DNA of 62,935 nt, counting the filler, from a bacterium (GTDB lineage: Bacteria; JALSQH01): assembly GCA_027004335.1 (NCBI GenBank). It is 11 parts of 11 records of this genome, joined end to end, with 100 filler letters (N's around TTAATTAATTAA, not from the genome) between each part and the next. Parts side by side here need not be neighbours in the genome. Positions count along the whole stretch, not along the records: positions 58,251 to 62,935 come from JALTID010000049.1; 10 more parts are not named here. One strand, given 5' to 3'. The notes beneath the pieces were generated by a model. It was not told where the DNA came from. It did not search any database and saw only the letters and a list, made by a program, of their open reading frames with translations. A program made the translations under genes and the position numbers. Shown one piece after another: positions 61,965 to 62,935 of the stretch (position 1 is its first letter; each line of letters begins with the position of its first letter).

Positions 61965-62935
61965 ATGTTTGATTATATTATTGTTGGAGGAGGTATTAAT
62001 GGCCTCCAGATCGCCGCATTGCTTGTTCATAGAGGATCAAAGGTAGCAGTTTTTGAGAAAAACTCCCGCTTAGGCGGACGAGCTTTTGTTCTGGAAAGGG
62101 ATGGATTTAAGATAGATAATGGACTTCATCTGATAAGATTTGGACCTGAAAGTGCCATAGCTTCAACCTTTAGAAAGATGGGACATAAAGTAAAGTTTCT
62201 TAATCTTGGGACCTCATACCTTTATCGTAGCGGAAAAAGATATATATTCCCCACTGGCCCTTCTGATTTTATAAATACGAGGATGCTGAGTGTCTCAGAG
62301 AAACTTAAGGGTGTTCCTCTTCTTGTTAGCCTCAGAAAGATAAAGGATCAATGGATAGATATACTTCATGTGCCTGTTGAAAAATGGCTTGATGCAAGAG
62401 AAATCAAAAGTGGGTTAAGGACTTATTTTGAGTTAGTTGCCTCTTCCATGCTGGTATGCCCTTTTATGGACAAGGCTTCTACAGGAGAGCTTCTTTTTAA
62501 TATGGGTAAGGTTCTTAAGAGTGGAAAATCTGTCATGTATCCCTTAGGTGGGTGGAAACCTCTTCTTGATTTTCTTGTAAATAAAATTAGAGAAAATGGT
62601 GAAGTAGCAACTTCTACAAAGGTAAACAGTGTTGGCATTGAAAAGGGTGAGGCAAAAGGGGTTATTCTTGAAGATGGCTCATTTATAGCAGGGAAGAATG
62701 TTATAATCAATATCCCGGTCCAGTATATATGGGAGATTCTTGAGGAGAAGCTTTTTCCTGAAGAATATGTGAAAAGAGCCAAAAATCTTGTTCCTACTTC
62801 CGGGATAGCGGTGGATATTACTTTAAAAAAAAGAGTTTCAAAAGAGAAGGGGCTGATTTACTTTGATACTCCCATAGCTTTTGGGATGTTTACATCAAAT
62901 ATTGATCCTTCTATAGCACCAAAGGGGAAGCAATT
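61965..62935 (+). CDS. FAD-dependent oxidoreductase (phytoene desaturase/amine oxidase-like), runs off the window end
   Basis: Own translation MFDYIIVGGGINGL...VFEKNSRLGGRA...GFKIDNGLH, later YPLGGW; no stop inside the window, so absent from the ORF track. Confidence 0.85.
   Translation, partial: MFDYIIVGGGINGLQIAALLVHRGSKVAVFEKNSRLGGRAFVLERDGFKIDNGLHLIRFGPESAIASTFRKMGHKVKFLNLGTSYLYRSGKRYIFPTGPSDFINTRMLSVSEKLKGVPLLVSLRKIKDQWIDILHVPVEKWLDAREIKSGLRTYFELVASSMLVCPFMDKASTGELLFNMGKVLKSGKSVMYPLGGWKPLLDFLVNKIRENGEVATSTKVNSVGIEKGEAKGVILEDGSFIAGKNVIINIPVQYIWEILEEKLFPEEYVKRAKNLVPTSGIAVDITLKKRVSKEKGLIYFDTPIAFGMFTSNIDPSIAPKGKQ

Overview
This window is not one locus. It is 11 short contigs from a fragmented, AT-rich bacterial draft genome or MAG, joined by ten artificial 100-nt linkers (N44-TTAATTAATTAA-N44), so adjacency across a linker is meaningless and many genes are cut at contig ends. 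Gene content and order suggest a diderm, probably anaerobic, deltaproteobacterial-type organism (Desulfobacterota/Myxococcota-like; inference). Housekeeping genes include CIRCE-preceded groEL without an adjacent groES, lpxK-lpxL-gmhB, ftsK-lolA-YprA/MrfA-type helicase, dnaK-dnaJ, valS-nadC-birA, ftsA-ftsZ, gyrA-aroC, a siroheme-dependent (Ahb) heme cluster running into ruvX-mltG-nagZ and an RPH-like dikinase, an NtrC-type two-component pair, tRNA-Asn(GTT), and a small bTHX ribosomal protein gene missed by the ORF track. The most interesting accessory items are a secreted protein with BPI/LBP (TULIP)-like motifs, two tandem TonB-dependent receptors sharing an extra N-terminal domain and unusual Pro-rich loops, a lipase/LolA-like/outer-membrane-protein cassette, a TatT/BstC-like TPR protein, and several candidate leaderless transcripts. 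Together these hint at a lipid-scavenging envelope toolkit. No CRISPR array, rRNA, integrase or transposase was seen.
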